51,351 nt of DNA from Phoronis australis (GCA_002633005.1 NMRA01001130.1:1-51351), one strand, 5' to 3'; positions 12,859 to 25,788 are shown, counted from the stretch's first letter. Notes: a model not told the origin generated them from the letters alone. Translations and numbers: made by a program.

Positions 12859-13451
12859 GTGAGTAAAGGCTTCCCTTGTGCTGCATTACTGGTAAAATTG
12901 AGCCATGACATTGCACTTTTCAACCATGTTTTTTCCTGACAAAGAAATCCCTCATGTCAAACTATGCGATTCGAGATTGACTTTTTGTTTCGGTAACCAC
13001 TTACACGGAGAGTGTATTATTGTCCAACATAACGTGTGTAACATGAAAGATAACGCGACAAAGTACATGTAAATAAAAGTGCGGCGCTCTCGTAAATACA
13101 CCTACATGTTAAAATGTATGTGTTCGACTTGAACCCATTTCTTTTTAACGTCGACTGCTAACAACTTATTGCACATGAATAAACAGCATCAACTGATGCA
13201 CTGGACAACCAGAAATGACGTGCACTAACATATATGCAGAGGAAAGGAAGTAAGTGAACACGGAAGTTTTACGAACGCGCCGTTTTTTTTTCGTCGAGCC
13301 TTTGCCTCGCCCATCACCCACTGAAGTTCCATACTGCTACTCGTACTGCCTACAACCCTAGTACATGACGGTTGTATGCTCCCATCACTTTCTTGAGCTA
13401 CTTGCTTTTTCATTCACTTTGATTTTTTGAGTTGTTTAACATTTGTTTCAG

Positions 13452-13558
13452 ATGATGTCGTTTTCAGCCCATGCCAAATGATGTCTTATGGATTTTGCAA
13501 GCTATTGTTTAACTTGCGAGATCCATGCGACTGGTATAAGCAATATCTATGCGACTAG
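13452..13558 (+). CDS. Gene A probable terminal exon (Cys-rich tail)
   Basis: tttgtttcag acceptor, phase 1. DDVVFSPCQMMSYGFCKLLFNLRDPCDWYKQYLCD then TAG. Confidence 0.55.
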
Positions 13559-13794
13559 CTTGCGCCCTTGTTACCCGTGCAAAGACAAGTCCAGATTACG
13601 CTGTCCTTTAAAAATGTTATAATGCGGTAAATTGTTTACATGGATTCCTTTTGCTGTTGTAGAGTTTGCAAAGATTCGTGCTGAGATCATGACTTTAATG
13701 GGTAATGTATCTCCGTTTTGGCTCACATAAATGAAAGACACACATTGCGTACCTCAGCAAAGTAATCACAGCAGACGGTATTACACACTGTACT

Positions 13795-14437
13795 TTAAAC
13801 CAATATGATGATTAAGCACTGCACTGTACGGCCATAATGACAAACCAATATTATATGATTAAACACTGCACTGTACGGCCATATTGACACACCAATATGA
13901 TGATTAAGAACTGCAATTTACGGCCTTAATGACAAACCAATATTATATGATTAAACACTGCACTGTACAGCCATATTGACAAACTAATATGATGATAAAG
14001 CACTGCACTGTACGGCCTTAGTGACAAACCAATATGATGATTAAGCACTGCACTGTACGGCCTTAATGACAAACCAATATGATGATGATTAAGCACTGCA
14101 TTCTACGGCCTTAATGACAAACCAATATGATGATAAAGCACTGTACTGTACGGCCTTAATGCCAAATCAATATGTTGATTAAGCACTGCACTGCACTGCC
14201 TTTGTGACAAATCAATATGGTGATTAAGCACTGCACTCTACGTCCTTAATGACAAATCAATACGATGATTAAGCACTGTACTGTACGGCCTTAATGACAA
14301 TTCAACATGATGATTAAGCACTGTACTGTACGGCCTTAATGACAAATCAATATGATGATTAAGCACTACAATGTGCAGCCTTAAAGACAAATAAATATGA
14401 TGATTAAGCACCGCACTGTATGGCCTTATTGACAAAT
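13795..14437. repeat. Minisatellite, ~45 bp x ~14
   Basis: Consensus CAAACCAATATGATGATTAAGCACTGCACTGTACGGCCTTAATGA with scattered variants. Confidence 0.95.
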
Positions 14438-14950
14438 CTTTATGTATAGCCAAGTATTTACAAAACTATATATTTTAAAACAGACATTTTAAATTTTTCT
14501 AATGTGTCTTTAATTGGATTATATTACCATTTCGGTAAAATTCAGAGCTCAAGGGGGACACAATGTTAGCAAAACAACAATATTAATAATAGGATCACAT
14601 TTCATTCGATACAAGTATTCTACATATAGATGCAACGTGAAATTAAAAAAACATATTGTGTTTTTAATCGGGACACAAGCTGGAGGTGTGGTAATCTTTT
14701 TTGAACTTTTGCACACTTCCGCTGTCCTCGGGTTTTTTCCATTTCACTTGTTAATACATTTCCTAAACCCTATCGGACTCATGCCATTTGTTGGTCTACC
14801 GCACTTGTCCCTCAGGTCAAGTTTATTTATCCAATCTACATGTACACGGACTGACATACATCTAGTTTCTCATTAAAAGCTCGAGGCCTCGTGTCTTTTG
14901 GCGACATGAACTGTTTGGGAATAATTGCTTTGGAACTGTAGTTGGATATA

Positions 14951-17900
14951 AGAGAGTGGGGCAAGTTGTGCCACTTTTCGCATTCGGTTGCACTACATTT
15001 AAGGTAGTAGTGTTTTGCATTTATTTGGTATCCAAGCACATACATTAATGTCTGCTATACCTAGTGTAGCAATGTTCTTTGGTGATTAAACAGAAGACAC
15101 TGTGGAATCGGCCAGCCAAAAATCCTAGTCAAGTGGCACGACTTGCCCACACATGGGGCAAGTTGTGCATAGCACCGGGGTAAGTTGATCCACTGTCATG
15201 TGTTGCAAAAAAGAACTTTGCAAATAACACCGTTACAAAGAAAATTGTTGATTAGATTTAAATCACAATTATATTTAGTATGAAAATAAAAATCTAAAAC
15301 TATAATAATGTGAGAGATGCTTATCTAATCTACAGTTTCAATACTATAAATATTAACAGAAAACTTATGAAATTCAACTGAATGAACATGAACAGCTAAT
15401 ATTAGCAGTAACAAAAATCTCCAGTGTGGATGCTTTAGTTCAGTTGACTGTTGTCACTTGTTAAAGTCACTCATGAAAAAAATCTAAACCTAATGTGATC
15501 AGAGAGGCTTCTCTAATCTGCAGTTTAAAGAATATAGACAGAAAACGTAGGCTTTTATATAGAGTTAACATGAACAATACATATTAGCTGTAAATTAAGT
15601 CTATACACTAGATATTTTAGTTCAGTTGCCATTTCTTCAGGTCACATGTAAATAGCAGCTGGCCTCTGCGTCTCTCTGATCCACCAGCAATTTTTGGCTG
15701 TGGTAGCTTGGCAATGATGTCTTCTCTACAAAACAAAGCGTCGTCATTTGTATATGGGAGAAACACTGTTCCTTCTGAACCTACCCGTCCTAACACTTTC
15801 TGGAGAAAAACTCCCTCATAATCATCACCATCAATCACGTCAACTCTTGCAATGTAATGCACGAAACGGGATTTCCCGGCAACCTTTACCACAACGAAAT
15901 CGCCTTCTATAATTTCCAGGTCATCTTCGGATGTTTCTGTTTCATCGCTGTCAGATTCAAAGCTCATTTCAGAGTCCTTCTCCGACATTGAATCTGAATC
16001 ACTTTCGTCATGACTCTGGTGACTTGAAAAAAGCTCACGTTTTGCCTGATCGCCTTTAACAGCTTTTTTGGAATTCTGTGCAGCAATCTCCTCACGATTT
16101 GGGGTATTCGTAAGAATTGCAGTTCTTCCCCTCTTTCTTGCGTTGTTGTTAGTTCTCCTCGATACAGCTTTTGGTAATGGAATAATATCAGAAGGGGACA
16201 CATAACCATCAAGACCACCAGTTGACGGACCAGCAGCCTGCGCCTGACTGGGAGATACAGCAACATCCTCTGAATCCACAGATGTTGACGAATGGTTTGG
16301 GACCTCAGCTTGATCTGTTGTTGCTGCAGGTGCAAAGTCTGCATCGCCAAACAGGTCTTTGTTGAAAGGGTAAATTCCTGTGCATTGAAAACCCGACACT
16401 ATTTTGCGTGGACTAACAGCAGACATGTGCGCTTCTCTGACAATCTCAGGGACATCATAAATTGTCACCGTTTTACCAGGATTGGATCTCATCCACCCGT
16501 CCATGGCTCTGTTATAGACTGCCTTGAAGGGACTGAAAACAGCACGATCTAACGGCTGCAGTTTGTGTGATGTGTGAGGCGGTATTGTTAATAAAACCAT
16601 ACCGTTTGACTTGGCCAAGTCAATGGCACGAAGAGAGATGTGTGAATTATGGTTATCCATTATAACAAGGCTTTTATTTTCAATAGAGCATCTGGTGTTG
16701 CGAATCAGGTGTTGCAAAAAGTCAACAAAGAGGTCTTCATTCATCCATCCGGACCTTGTTGCACGACCAATGGATCCAGCTGGTGACCTATTAATAAAAT
16801 GTTCTTTGTAGTTGACTCTGGGGAATATAAACATGGGAGGCAGAGCATTTCCAGCTGCGTTCACTGCGTATACAACAGTAACGAGTTCCCCCCTCTCTGC
16901 AGATGTAATTGTACCCACGTCTCTTTGACCACGAGCTGCCACAACTTGCTTCGGATTTTGAACAGTGGTGCAGCCAGTTCCATCAATGTTGTAAATGTCC
17001 TCAGGTTCAAATTTGTGCTTGTCCATTGTGGACGCAAGATTTTCGTAAAACTTGTTCACTACAGGGCGATTGAATGCGGCCGCTCTCGCAAAAGAAGTTG
17101 CCTCGGGACTTCGAACCGCAAGGTTATGCCTTGACTTAAAGCCAAGCCACCAATCTTTTCCGGCTCTTTGGTTTTCAACCCAGCTATCAGGTATTTTTAG
17201 CTTATTGCCAAGAGCCACTTCGTAAGCCAGTTAGCAACATTTCGGTACCGTGAGTCCATGGAAAACGTCAGCAAGCTGTTTAATGTGACTAGCCAAATCA
17301 TGTTCAATCTGTGGTGGGAATTCAGCTTGTGCTAAACCACAAGTTTTGTACCCTGTTACAGCATCTGGATTACTCTGTCGCTTAGCAATGGAACGCGTCA
17401 GAGTCATTCGGTTTATCTTGAAGTCCTTGGCAATACTTCGCACTGATCCACGGCCCTTTTCAACTTCAGCAGCAGCTCTCTTAAGTACATCAACAGGGGC
17501 ACCTTGGTCTGTCTTTCGTTTGTAGTTGCGCATGATGGCCTATAAATAAATCCTAAAAATATTACATTTGAAAAATTATATCTGATAAATACATTCTCTT
17601 TAATTTAAAAAGTTCACTACGAAAAACTTTTGAGCTACATGCAATTTGTTTGGCAAACAATAAAGAATTACCAATTGCAGGAAAATTCATTGACCTATTG
17701 AGTTCAAAAAGAGTCCAATGTGATACGTATCCCTGCCAAAATAGTCATTCCTGCTGCCTGGTTAATTTCATAGAGACTTGGAATTAAAAAACATACTTCA
17801 TTTGATTGAAAAATATTTTTAAATTGGTATGCTAACGTAGGGGTATGTTGTGCCATGGCTCAACTTACCCCTCCCAGGCTGGCACAATTTGCCCCACTGT

Positions 17901-18263
17901 GACCTATTTTTGTGTTCTAGTTTTGGTTTCACAAATAGACACTTGTTGAGCAGATTTGCCATTTGGAACACACCAACTAATATCAAAAGTATTACATGAT
18001 TCAGTTGTCTTTCCACAACTCCCTGTGACAAGGGTTTGCGAAAACAACTTATTAGTTTGCTGGATTTTCACTTTTGGCTAGCAAAATTACCTTTTGTGCT
18101 TCTTCACAACCTTATTGCTTCTGGCAGAGGTCTTCAATAAATGAGATGGTAAGATGACTCATCACCTATCCACAGATGGCACTAGATGTCAGCTGAAAAG
18201 TCTCAATAAGCATTTACAGGGGGTGGCTCAACTTACCCCATGGCACAACTTGCCCCACTCTCC
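14951..18263 (-). mobile_element. Full-length pogo-superfamily (IS630-Tc1-mariner group) DNA transposon
   Basis: 23-bp TIRs (R)GAGAGTGGGGCAAGTTGTGCCA at 14951-14973 and 18241-18263, with TA on both flanks. Subterminal copies of the TIR motif at ~15135-15195 and ~17840-17897. Confidence 0.93.
15617..17533 (-). pseudogene. pogo/Tigger-type transposase (HTH_psq + CENP-B HTH + DDE_1, DD35D) with one premature stop
   Basis: ORFs 17231-17533 and 15617-17218 are in the same frame, separated by TAA at 17231-17233. Motifs MRNYKRKT, AGKDWWLGFKSRH, YNIDGTG, IMDNHNSH, HKLQPLD, with 35 residues between the second and third D. Confidence 0.92.
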
Positions 18264-18532
18264 TATGTGTAGACGTTTTGGGTTTCCAATAAATGTTTCA
18301 TGACATAGCTGTATGTTATTCACTTATTGTCTATTATGATGTTTAAGATTTTCGTGTTTAAAATCAAATGCATTCCAAGATCCACAATTGTTGTACATTG
18401 GGTACGTGTCCTTTTATCCCAACAGAGCAAGATGAGGGTAAGTACTTACAATAACAAAATTGTGAATAACACATTTGCAAACATTTGGTGGGTGTAATTA
18501 AACTACAAGATTAACGGACTCATAAACATGGT

Positions 18533-19388
18533 CACGGACGCATGGATACGACTCACGTATATGCAATTAACACGTTCACTGACTCACAAACATGGGAATG
18601 GACTCACAAAACACGATCCATTCACCTAAAGTACATGTACACGGTCACGGCATCACATTCACGAACATACACGGTTAACGGACCGCCAAACACGGTTCAC
18701 TCCGACAAAGCATGTCATAAGCACGGGTCACGGACTCATCTGCTTCCTGGGTCAGCCTCGTACCCGGGCCTAAAGAAGAAGGCGTTGATCGGATTAGCGA
18801 CCGGCGGAGGCTTGCGGACGAAGCTGCTTCCCTGGTAAGTAGTTCGAAATAGTGATTATTACTACGCAGAAAGGAATTGATCAACCTTAATATATTTGGC
18901 AATAAGCTCGCCTAAAAACTTGCTTTTAGTCCAAAAGTACCATTTTAGCTACACGTAACTCTCGCATAACACAAATATTTCAAGTCATGCTATAATCCAT
19001 TTCGATGTTTTTGAATGCGCATCAACTTAATAGTAAACAGGCATAAACATCAGCCTGGCGAGCATCGGCGACAAAGAGCCGTTACCAGAGAAGCAAGAAT
19101 TCTATTCCATTTAAACGAACCACGTAAATAAGCAGTTTAAAAAATGTTTATTGATTCTATATCACAACAATTACATCACGGTACAGACAGAAACCGTTCA
19201 AAAATATATTTAATCTCGCACCTATTACTCAGATGTCGAAGCTGTCCGCTAACCGTGTTTCTTCGTGAATGTGAGTCTGTGACCGTGTAGTTTAGGTGAA
19301 TAGATCGTGTTTTGTGAGTCCGTTCCCCGTGTTTGTGAGTCTGTGAACGGTGTTTGCAGGTACGTGGGTCGTGTTTATGCGTCCGTTT
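18533..19388. mobile_element. Non-autonomous element with ~150-bp imperfect inverted repeats
   Basis: 18533-18683 (GACTCACAAACA...CACGGTTAACGGAC) is the reverse complement of ~19244-19388. True termini and TSD not resolved. Confidence 0.7.
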
Positions 19389-21057
19389 ACTAGGTACCTT
19401 GTCATGGTTTTGTAAAAGATCAATTAATTTAAAGGGGATTGTAATAAACATTTGCCAAATTGATTCGAAATCGTTAACGCCATCTTCATTAGTGCTGATT
19501 TTACTAACGGCATTACATTCGTGTTACTTGGTGAACTGCGCGAGTGTGTAACTTATACCCATTCACTGCTAAGTGCCAGAGCGATTTTGGGGATATGGAT
19601 AATTCCGGGCACAAACAAACAGGCTATCAAATTGTTTCTATTTGCAAATTGGAATTTGGAAATTCCTGGGAGTTATCGGACAGATGGTACATTTACATCG
19701 GGAAATTTCGGGACCGGAAAACATGAAGGCTGGAGAACACTTTGGACACTGGATCTGTGGTCAGTGGGAGAGGAAATCGTAAGGGCACTGCGAGAGAGGA
19801 AAACGGTTGCCGCTATGCACCGCGAAAGAGTAACGAATGGAAAGAACATATTTCATCCACCAGACTAACGAATCTTGACTTTCTTGGGTTGATCAGGAAA
19901 ATAGTTTGCAAGTTTGTATCTTGTTGAAGTCTTTGGTTGTCTATATTCAGCTAGCGGTTGGACGCTGGACAAGTCAACATGCGCGTCTGGAAAGCATTTA
20001 ATGTTACTTTCATTGAATGGTTCTTAAACGGATCACACTGCACAAGTTGACAACGATGAGTCATAGTGTGGAATAGATTGTAGTATGATGAAAACGGTAG
20101 ATATCGTACCACACTCTCATACCGCAACGTATAATAATAATGTTATTATTTTGCATGTGTTTACGCGTATTATCCTGCATGAATGAAAATATCAATTGTC
20201 ATCAAAGTGTGATTGGCGATAATGTTGAAGGATGACTTACGATAAATCAAGTCAATAATGTTCAGAATTACATAATTACAACGTCATACTTATCTCGTCA
20301 AGTATAATAACTAGCCCCATTGACTGCTCAGCGGAAGTTTTTTGACCCAAACTACGCAACTCACATAATATGAATGTTGTTAAAACAATTGCAACAAACG
20401 CACATAGGCTTAAGTTTTAAAGAAGAAATCGTAGGTAATTGCATGCTTTGTAATAGATCTCAAACGAAATGTAAAACTTGGTCGTTTCCCAGTATAACTT
20501 TTGCTTTTTTATCTCCAGTGAAAGTGACCTACATGTACATGCAGTGAACCAGTTTAGGAGCTTATATTGGCTAAATAGGCAGCAGACAGTGCCATGCGTT
20601 GAGAAATCCTTTTACCTATTTGCAAATATATGCAACTTAAAGTGCTACGACTATTCACGTATCAATAATTTGAACCTGTATCAAGTTACGCATAAAATAC
20701 GAAGTTGCCCCATTATGTTGTCACAGGATGAAGAGCATGGGGCCAAGACAATTTTAAGACAAATACCGTAATATCCGGCATACCAAAAGCCTTCTAATCA
20801 AAGCCAATCATTTATTTGTTTCATTAGTGGCGGCGTTCCCTAATTACTAGATGACAAGTTGTAAGGCAAAGAACACGAGAATTAACGTAATACATTTACG
20901 TATGTATACATTGACTAGACACAAGCTATTGGTGACTTCTAAGGGTCTGCATCACTTCGTTGTTGGACACATGACCTGCAACATTGCCCTCTTGTATGTC
21001 TGTGGACTGCATTCCCCTCTGATCGTGATTACATTTCGGCAAAAAATCTTCGCTTAA

Positions 21058-21576
21058 GGTTACATGTATGTAGGACCTCTCTGACAGATTTGAGTTCTTA
21101 GTCACATATCTTCAAAGGTGTAGATTTTAACCGAGTATAAGTACATACTACATGGAAGTAGACTGTGCAAAAACCGTTTTTTACTTCATTACCAACCATC
21201 CACTGGATCACGTGACCGTGTTTTAGTTGAAATTGGCGAAAACGAAAAGAACATTGATAGATAGCACAAGAACGCTATGACCAAATTTCATTTGATGTCA
21301 AAGTTCAAGATGAAATCTGAGAAACGTTGTTACAGCTTTTTATTGTATCATTTTGTTTTCGCTTCATGCAACTTGAGAACTTTTTGTGATAGACATAAAA
21401 GTCCTTCGTGTAAAGGTGTTACATTTTAACAACAATTCCTAAGCGCGATTTCGAAAATAGAGCGTAACGCATATTATCCAAAAATTTTAATGTGAATCTT
21501 GTCAGCCGTTCTGAGATATGATGTTCCGAAATCAGCCAACTTAGAATATTTCCTGGGGTCCTACCTACACGTAGCC
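21058..21576. mobile_element. Non-autonomous Kolobok-like element
   Basis: TTAA|GGTTACATGTATGTAGGACC ... GGTCCTACCTACACGTAGCC|TTAA: 20-bp TIR with 3 mismatches, RR...YY termini and a TTAA TSD. Confidence 0.7.
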
Positions 21577-21883
21577 TTAAGCCATTTTAGCTATGAATGT
21601 TCAGAAGATATTTGAAATTAAAGCTTCGTCGACCACGCGATTCAAAGTGCGACATTATTTGCGAACCTCTTTAAAAAATATAACTCCTACATGTAAGTAA
21701 CTGGGGCTACAGTGCACATACCTTTCATGTACAGTACATGTAACTGTCATGACGGGTGCTCACCAGAATTCAAGCATTTGTTACTCAACCAGTTAAGGTG
21801 ATAACAAAGAACGAATGGGCAATTTACTTTTGTGAAGTCGTATTGTTTTAAGCGGGATATAATTTTCCATTTTTTGTATTCAG

Positions 21884-21922
21884 GTCTAGATTGGCTGGGA
21901 AAGGAAGATTGGAAGCACACAG
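21884..21922 (+). CDS. Gene B candidate internal exon, unknown product
   Basis: Strong polypyrimidine ttcag acceptor, cag|gtaaat donor, 39 nt, phase 1-1. LDWLGKEDWKHT. Confidence 0.45.
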
Positions 21923-21964
21923 GTAAATGAATTGTACATTATAGGCCTACACAACATATAAACC

Positions 21965-22555
21965 CGTCACGATGTTATCGTAGATTATTGGGTGCAGGTT
22001 GTTACCATCCTGTGGTGATTAGTTTCGGTGCAGACAGACTGAAGACTGGTTCGAGTTACGTTCACAAGAGTAGTCAATCAAATTGTCTTACTTAATAACT
22101 GCCGTATACTCCACCTAGTGGTGAAATTCTGGGACAGCTTCCAGCAACTTCTATATTCCTTCATTCATTAACCTATTGCATCAGCTCTATAGCTGGCTCT
22201 CTATCTGTAAGTTTTGATTCTCTTCAGTGTAACTCAACTATATCTTCGACTGACTTTAACTGTCATTCAACTACAAATCACTTCACTTTCAACTGAACTC
22301 AGCTAAAACTTCAATTAACCTGTGCCAGGTACATGTATTTAGAACTTTCTGGTGTCTACCCAGTCATTCTATGAATTTAAAATTGTGCTCAAGAATATCC
22401 CAGATTACATTAATCACTGACATTACATTGTTCTGGAACGTTTCCTACTATTATATTATAAACAAGTTACATCATCACTGACCTGACCTGTAAGGTCACG
22501 TTAATACCAAACTGAACAATATTAAACTAAGACCAGTGTCGGTATAATTCAGAGA
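21965..22555 (-). mobile_element. Solo LTR related to the LTRs at 35835-38238
   Basis: Its reverse complement is colinear with the LTR blocks (GAATGAYTGGGTAGA..CCAGAAAGTTCT, AGAGAGCCAGCTATAGAG, TAACTCGAACCAGTCTTCAGTC, AACAACCTGC, CGTGAC). Diverged, with no clear TSD. Confidence 0.8.
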
Positions 22556-23726
22556 AATTTAACTACAAATATGTTCTCGAGAATACATGTACTGTTCGTA
22601 ATTCAACGTTTAAAATAGATGTGAATGTGCAATAGAGTTTTAAACGTTTCACATTGTTTGAAACAAAATTCTTAGCAGTCAATCGTTTTAAAATAAACTT
22701 TAGTGTCAAAGACACTCTTTCAGTTTCATTTTAGTTAAAACTTCAAAAAACGCGATTAGTAAAATGTTCGTTCAGTCGAACCTTAAGCCCATATAATGCA
22801 CATTCAAAACAACTCGGAACTCGGAATATTTTTCAAACACAATTAGTATTAAGTTGCCTTTTTAGTTTGATATTCTGCTTTTGTTTGTTCGCTATCGCCT
22901 AATGTGGCGGACATCTTGAAGGAGACATTACTGGTGCATCATGGGTCTTCACGGCACAGAGCCGGCTCCAGTACATATCGGGCTTCTTACTGCTGCGAAA
23001 ACGTCCAGTCTTGAGGGGATGTCAACTAGTATTACGCCTCTAATCCACCCGTTCCAAACGCCATAACACCATTCAAGAGTCTGTGAAATGCAAGCCGTTA
23101 CATTTTTTGCAGCTTACTGTAATATATTACTTCAATACATTATACACTGCAACACTCTTCAACAAGCCCTCAATGAGACGGGCTTTTCATTGAGGAACGA
23201 AACCAAGTGAGAAGTCGTGAGACCCTAAGAGTTCTGGGATAACGGTATTTTCATCTGAGACTGCCAGTTTGTCAATTCGACTCAAAATACAGATTACCAC
23301 TAGTTTCGAGACTGAATATAAGCCGAAATCTTGGCAACAAGAGTAAACATCGACTTCATCCTGGAGCGCACTGTAACACGCATGTAAGACTCGCGCATAC
23401 CACCCTTTCGTCTTTGTGTACACGGTACTTAATACATTTATGGTACTCTATACTTTACCGGAAATGTTTTCATTTTGTAAATGTTTTTGTTCGACGTCCA
23501 TATAGAAAGGTAACAACATGTACAGTGTACATGCCCCACCAAGTTGTTGACCATTAAGATTTACTTCACATGTACGTGTATACAGTACATGTACTAAAAA
23601 GCTCCGTTAGAAGCATGACATTTGCGTTGCGTTGTGGACTTATATCTACTCCTTCTGTCCTTTGATATTGACTGTTGAACAGTGTGAATGCAAATGGAAT
23701 GTACATATGGATTAATCATCTTGCAG

Positions 23727-23800
23727 CTTTGAACAAGTTCGGGGATCGTGTGAAGCAGATTGTTGACAGCAGAGACAGTAAGAAAAAAGATTTTGCATAA
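23727..23800 (+). CDS. Gene B candidate terminal exon
   Basis: cttgcag acceptor, phase 1 compatible with 21884-21922. ALNKFGDRVKQIVDSRDSKKKDFA-TAA, with AATAAA at 23807-23812. Confidence 0.45.
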
Positions 23801-24466
23801 GTTTAAAATAAACCTTTTTTGATGTTGATTAAGGTTAATTTTTCATCACAATTTGTCAAATCATTGGACTTTGTGTAATGCCATTGGTGTAAACTGCAAA
23901 CGCCACGAATCATAAGAAGGTATTTCAGGTTTTAGGACATCATAGAACCTACATTTACGTTCCAGTTGGGGTGTCTGTTATTCCTGCCAGCGTGGCAAAA
24001 GTGGGATTTTTTTCTCGTCGACATGGAATTGCTTAAAACGACACTAAACCCTGTTTTGATGATTTCAGCAAATTATATTTTGCTAATGCATCATTGGACC
24101 CATTCTCGAAAGATAGCAGCAGGAACCAACCAAAACTTCATGCTCTCCATGTCAGAGACTGGATATCATGGTTCTTGGCGGATGGTATTTTTCCACGGTT
24201 GTCGTATAATGCGTTAAACGAGTGGGTCACGCTTCACCCTTTAGCAGACTTCGAAAGGACTTTTCAAATTTTCTTCCAAATTTTAAGGGTTGTCGAAGGT
24301 TATAGAGCATTGTTTTTTTATCAAAGAATTGAATCTGAATGGTGTTTGGGGTGTTTGTTTATAGGAAAAAACCTGTTTGGTATCCTTTTGAATGTGTTGC
24401 TTGCTCGTGCATTTTGTCTTTAGAATTAATTTGAGGTGTCCCTAGTATGTCGCTTTGTCGTGAAGT

Positions 24467-24484
24467 ATGGCTAGGTGGCCTCTG
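24467..24484 (+). CDS. Gene C candidate first coding exon (MARWPL)
   Basis: Acceptor ctttag ending at 24423, ATG at 24467, ctg|gtaagt donor. Joins 26120 in phase 0 to form a signal peptide. Confidence 0.45.
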
Positions 24485-25486
24485 GTAAGTGTGATTGGAT
24501 CTCTGTAGTCAACCAGTGATACCGATGGCACCGTCTAACAGAGCGTTTCCACGATTAGAATACGTGCGTGAGGGGCCACAGGTGGCTTGCTGACCAGCTT
24601 TAAAATTGCGCGAGATCTCGTTTAGTTCACCAACAAACAAGAGAACACACCCTCACACACTCAGTTCTGGAATTATTTAACGTTTACCCTTAACTAAAAT
24701 TGGGTGACATTACATTTCTAATGAATTTAATGCAGTCACACCTGTCATGGCCCAGGAAAAACCTGAGTCTAATACATATGTTCCTGTCCCGGTCATAGCG
24801 TAAGGATGAAAATGACATTTGCAGATACTGTAGCGTGTAAGCCACCCTCAATTCTAAACATTCGCCTTTGGTCAAAATCGCCCAACAGACGCTACGCTTT
24901 GATATGAAATTTATCGATTTTCCTTTTTGCAAAGAACTAGTTTCGACTATATTTATGGCATTCTCTAATTATGTATTGAGGTAGATCTCGTTAATGGTTA
25001 TCTGGAAAGCTACATCCGTTTTTCGATACGAATTGCTGTTCTCGATTTGACGTTGACTCACTGACGGCTATGCTCCATCAAAGGCACGCTTGTTAGCATG
25101 TGGTTTTTTCTTTAGTGTTGGATGGCATCGTGGATTTTAGACCTTAAATGTACTTATTTCGCATAACGCACAACCTGTTTTCCGTTCGTTAACGTGGCTG
25201 CTTATTATCTCGAATGATTGCATTTTGTTATGGCTGTGTTGTTGTAGCCGTAACTACATATACATTGTATGACGTCCTTTGATAGCCAGAGAAAGAGAAA
25301 TACATGCAAATCTTGCCAAGACCTACACAGGATGCAGGTGTTTCTCGATGACTGTCTTCCTTACTGATTAGTTTAATTAGATTATCTATTTTTATCATTA
25401 TTTGTTGATTCTGGTAAAGGTGACAAATGACAATGGTGAAAGTGTTGGGAAAGATGATAACGTTTCGTTGTCGCCGCTATAGGACT

Positions 25487-25788
25487 CAGTGGCGGTTCTA
25501 GAATACCATGAGGGGGGCCCGACATCCTCTGGGAATTGGGCAAAGCGCGATTGTGTGTGAACGCAGAAGACCCAGAAGGTGCGGGGGCCGAGGTTGTATA
25601 GACATTCTGTTCAGGAAATATATCGTTCGACTAATAAAAAGAAAAACGTGATCGTGTTTCCCCCTAGTCCGCTGACAGTCCCAGCATCTGAACTCAATAC
25701 CTGCTCACGCTTCACTCTTTTTTTGCTGGTTCATTGTGCCTGCGTTAGCCAAGGCGGGGTGGGGGCGGTCCCCCTAAATCCGCCTGTG
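25487..25788. mobile_element. hAT-type MITE
   Basis: CAGTGGCGGTTCTAGA ... CCCCCTAAATCCGCCTGTG imperfect TIRs with G/C-run subterminal sequence. Confidence 0.5.

Noticed and set aside
17231-17233. Programmed readthrough or two-gene organisation of the pogo transposase
   Set aside because: A single TAA within the CENP-B HTH region is most simply a nonsense mutation. pogo transposases are single proteins.
19742-19927. ORF ending FLGLIRKIVCKFVSC, resembling an antimicrobial peptide
   Set aside because: TTG start, an upstream in-frame stop, and no linked signal peptide or splice sites. Chance is sufficient.
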